NCBI GenBank assembly: GCA_017442185.1
Contig: JAFSAT010000046.1
Span: 9,405-73,404 of the forward strand
Direction: 5' to 3'
DNA from: Bacteroidaceae bacterium
Lineage (GTDB): Bacteria > Bacteroidota > Bacteroidia > Bacteroidales > Bacteroidaceae
Length of the DNA stretch: 64,000 nucleotides
Shown here piece after piece: positions 62,961 to 64,000 of the stretch. The first letter of the stretch is position 1. Each line of letters starts with the position of its first letter. Below the pieces are notes generated by a model that did no database searches, had not been told where the DNA came from, and saw only the letters and a list, made by a program, of their open reading frames with translations. The position numbers and the translations under genes are program-made.

Positions 62961-63464
62961 ATGTCTGTCGCTATATCCATATTAGAGATTGTGCAAGATA
63001 CCACGGTAGACGGCCCGGGCCTACGAACCTCGATATACTGTGCAGGCTGTCCCAACCGATGTCCCGGATGCCACAATCCCCAATCGTGGGATATAAAGAA
63101 CGGACATTACACCGACATCGAAGATATTATGCGCCCAATAGAGGAAGCCATATTCTCCGACGTGACTTTCAGCGGTGGCGACCCTATGTTTCAACCCGAA
63201 GGATTCGCCGAGCTTGCACGCACAATAAAAAAACGTACCAATAAAAACATCTGGTGCTATACGGGATTTCTATTTGAAGAGATAATGGAGAACGACAAAC
63301 AACGCGAACTGCTCAAATACATAGATATTTTAGTGGACGGCAGATTCGTGGAAGCACTCAAGGACGAAAAACTTCTTTTTCGAGGAAGCAGCAACCAGCG
63401 TATAATAGATGTGCAACGCTCTTTGCAACAAGGCGAAACAGTACTATGGAAAGAGGAGCGATAA
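62961..63464 (+). CDS. nrdG: Anaerobic RNR activating protein (radical SAM)
   Basis: 167 aa. Canonical CAGCPNRCPGCHN cluster. It lies 1 nt after the nrdD stop. Confidence 0.93.
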   Translation: MSVAISILEIVQDTTVDGPGLRTSIYCAGCPNRCPGCHNPQSWDIKNGHYTDIEDIMRPIEEAIFSDVTFSGGDPMFQPEGFAELARTIKKRTNKNIWCYTGFLFEEIMENDKQRELLKYIDILVDGRFVEALKDEKLLFRGSSNQRIIDVQRSLQQGETVLWKEER

Positions 63465-63546
63465 GAAACGGTCTTTTTGCATTTATATCGTATGATGCAG
63501 AGTAAAACAACACTGCTACATAAAAATAAACATAACAGAAACTTAA

Positions 63547-63583
63547 GCCGACCGAAAAATACTCACAATATTTTTCGGTCGGC
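63547..63583. terminator. Bidirectional terminator (15-bp stem)
   Basis: gccgaccgaaaaata (63547-63561) pairs with tatttttcggtcggc (63569-63583), between convergent nrdG and the acyl-CoA ligase gene. Confidence 0.65.
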
Positions 63584-63605
63584 AATATTTATGGTTGTTC
63601 AACAA

Positions 63606-64000
63606 TCAGCTATACATAAATCTTTTAATGCTTCCCTTGGGTGTCTTTGCAAATGGTGCATCCTGAAGTTCGTAACCTGAAATCTGTGCATAGGTGGGAA
63701 TTACGGAATTCAAAGAGACTATATTCTGCTCCATCACAGCCGCAAGTGTATCGGCACCCATATTTGCCGATGCAAGAAGTTCGGCATTCGGAACAATGAG
63801 TGCCACAAACCTCTCGCCGCGTTGCACAATGATGGATTCTTGCACATAGGGCAAGACGTTAAGTTTGACCTCTATCTCCTCGGGATATATATTTTGTCCG
63901 TTTGTAGCAAGAAGCATGCTCTTGCAACGTCCCACCAAGAACAATGTATTATCTTTATCCAATGTACCAAGGTCGCCGGTGCGGAACCATCCGTCGGTGG
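63606..64000 (-). CDS. AMP-dependent synthetase/ligase (long-chain acyl-CoA synthetase-like), C-terminal fragment; the 5' part lies outside the window
   Basis: The frame stays open to the window edge. The translated ...DGWFRTGDLGTLDKDNTLFLVGRCKSMLLATNGQNIYPEEIE contains the GWxxTGD adenylate-forming motif. Confidence 0.8.
   Translation of the reverse strand, partial: TDGWFRTGDLGTLDKDNTLFLVGRCKSMLLATNGQNIYPEEIEVKLNVLPYVQESIIVQRGERFVALIVPNAELLASANMGADTLAAVMEQNIVSLNSVIPTYAQISGYELQDAPFAKTPKGSIKRFMYS

Noticed and set aside
1-64000. I looked for CRISPR arrays, IS elements/transposases, integrases, phage structural genes, toxin-antitoxin pairs and classic defence-island genes.
   Set aside because: I found no direct-repeat/spacer array, no DDE/tyrosine/serine recombinase-like ORF and no terminal inverted repeats bounding a gene block. 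The window is dominated by housekeeping genes.

Overview
This window is a chromosomal, mostly housekeeping segment of a Bacteroidota genome that looks Bacteroidales-like. The taxonomic pointers are TAnnTTTG -7 promoter boxes upstream of many genes, a type III glutamine synthetase, a GH92 mannosidase, a C10 protease with a T9SS-type C-terminal domain, and an S16 protein with a long Ala/Glu/Lys tail. I call about 47 protein genes, 2 tRNAs (Gly-CCC, Thr-CGU) and a set of strong stem-loop terminators. I see no rRNA, CRISPR array, transposase, integrase or obvious prophage. Recognisable genes include aspS, glnN, nagA, carB, a long PurF-like amidotransferase, galE, ansA, rpsP, lon, tgt, lptF/G, a DEAD-box helicase, sbcDC, dcp, cls, nrdDG, two about 935-aa M16 peptidase paralogues, and ALDH/GH92/sugar-kinase genes. 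Eight things are worth a second look. (1) An orphan operon, DUF362 Fe-S protein - LicD - cytidylyltransferase::Gfo/Idh/MocA fusion - SDR (25.8-29.9 kb), looks like an uncharacterised CDP-alcohol / phospho-polyol decoration pathway. (2) A stand-alone 715-aa membrane protein has a CASTOR/POLLUX-like degenerate pore loop, two RCK-like domains and a RyR-like C-terminus. (3) A translationally coupled yhhQ - small radical-SAM-like pair sits 8 kb from tgt and may be a queuine/preQ salvage module. (4) An S24/LexA-like repressor is divergent from a visibly AT-rich two-gene cassette that includes a small membrane protein. (5) An S41-family lipoprotein appears to have all three catalytic residues substituted. 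(6) An intergenic motif, TAGAARCTGTTTAAAYTT, recurs five to six times, usually just downstream of a -7 box; one pair forms a perfect 14-bp inverted repeat around a 157-bp segment. (7) A 25-nt near-identical element occurs at two unlinked loci. (8) A lipid kinase - C10 protease - M16 peptidase operon is present. All functional calls rest on motif and architecture recognition by eye. No database search was run.
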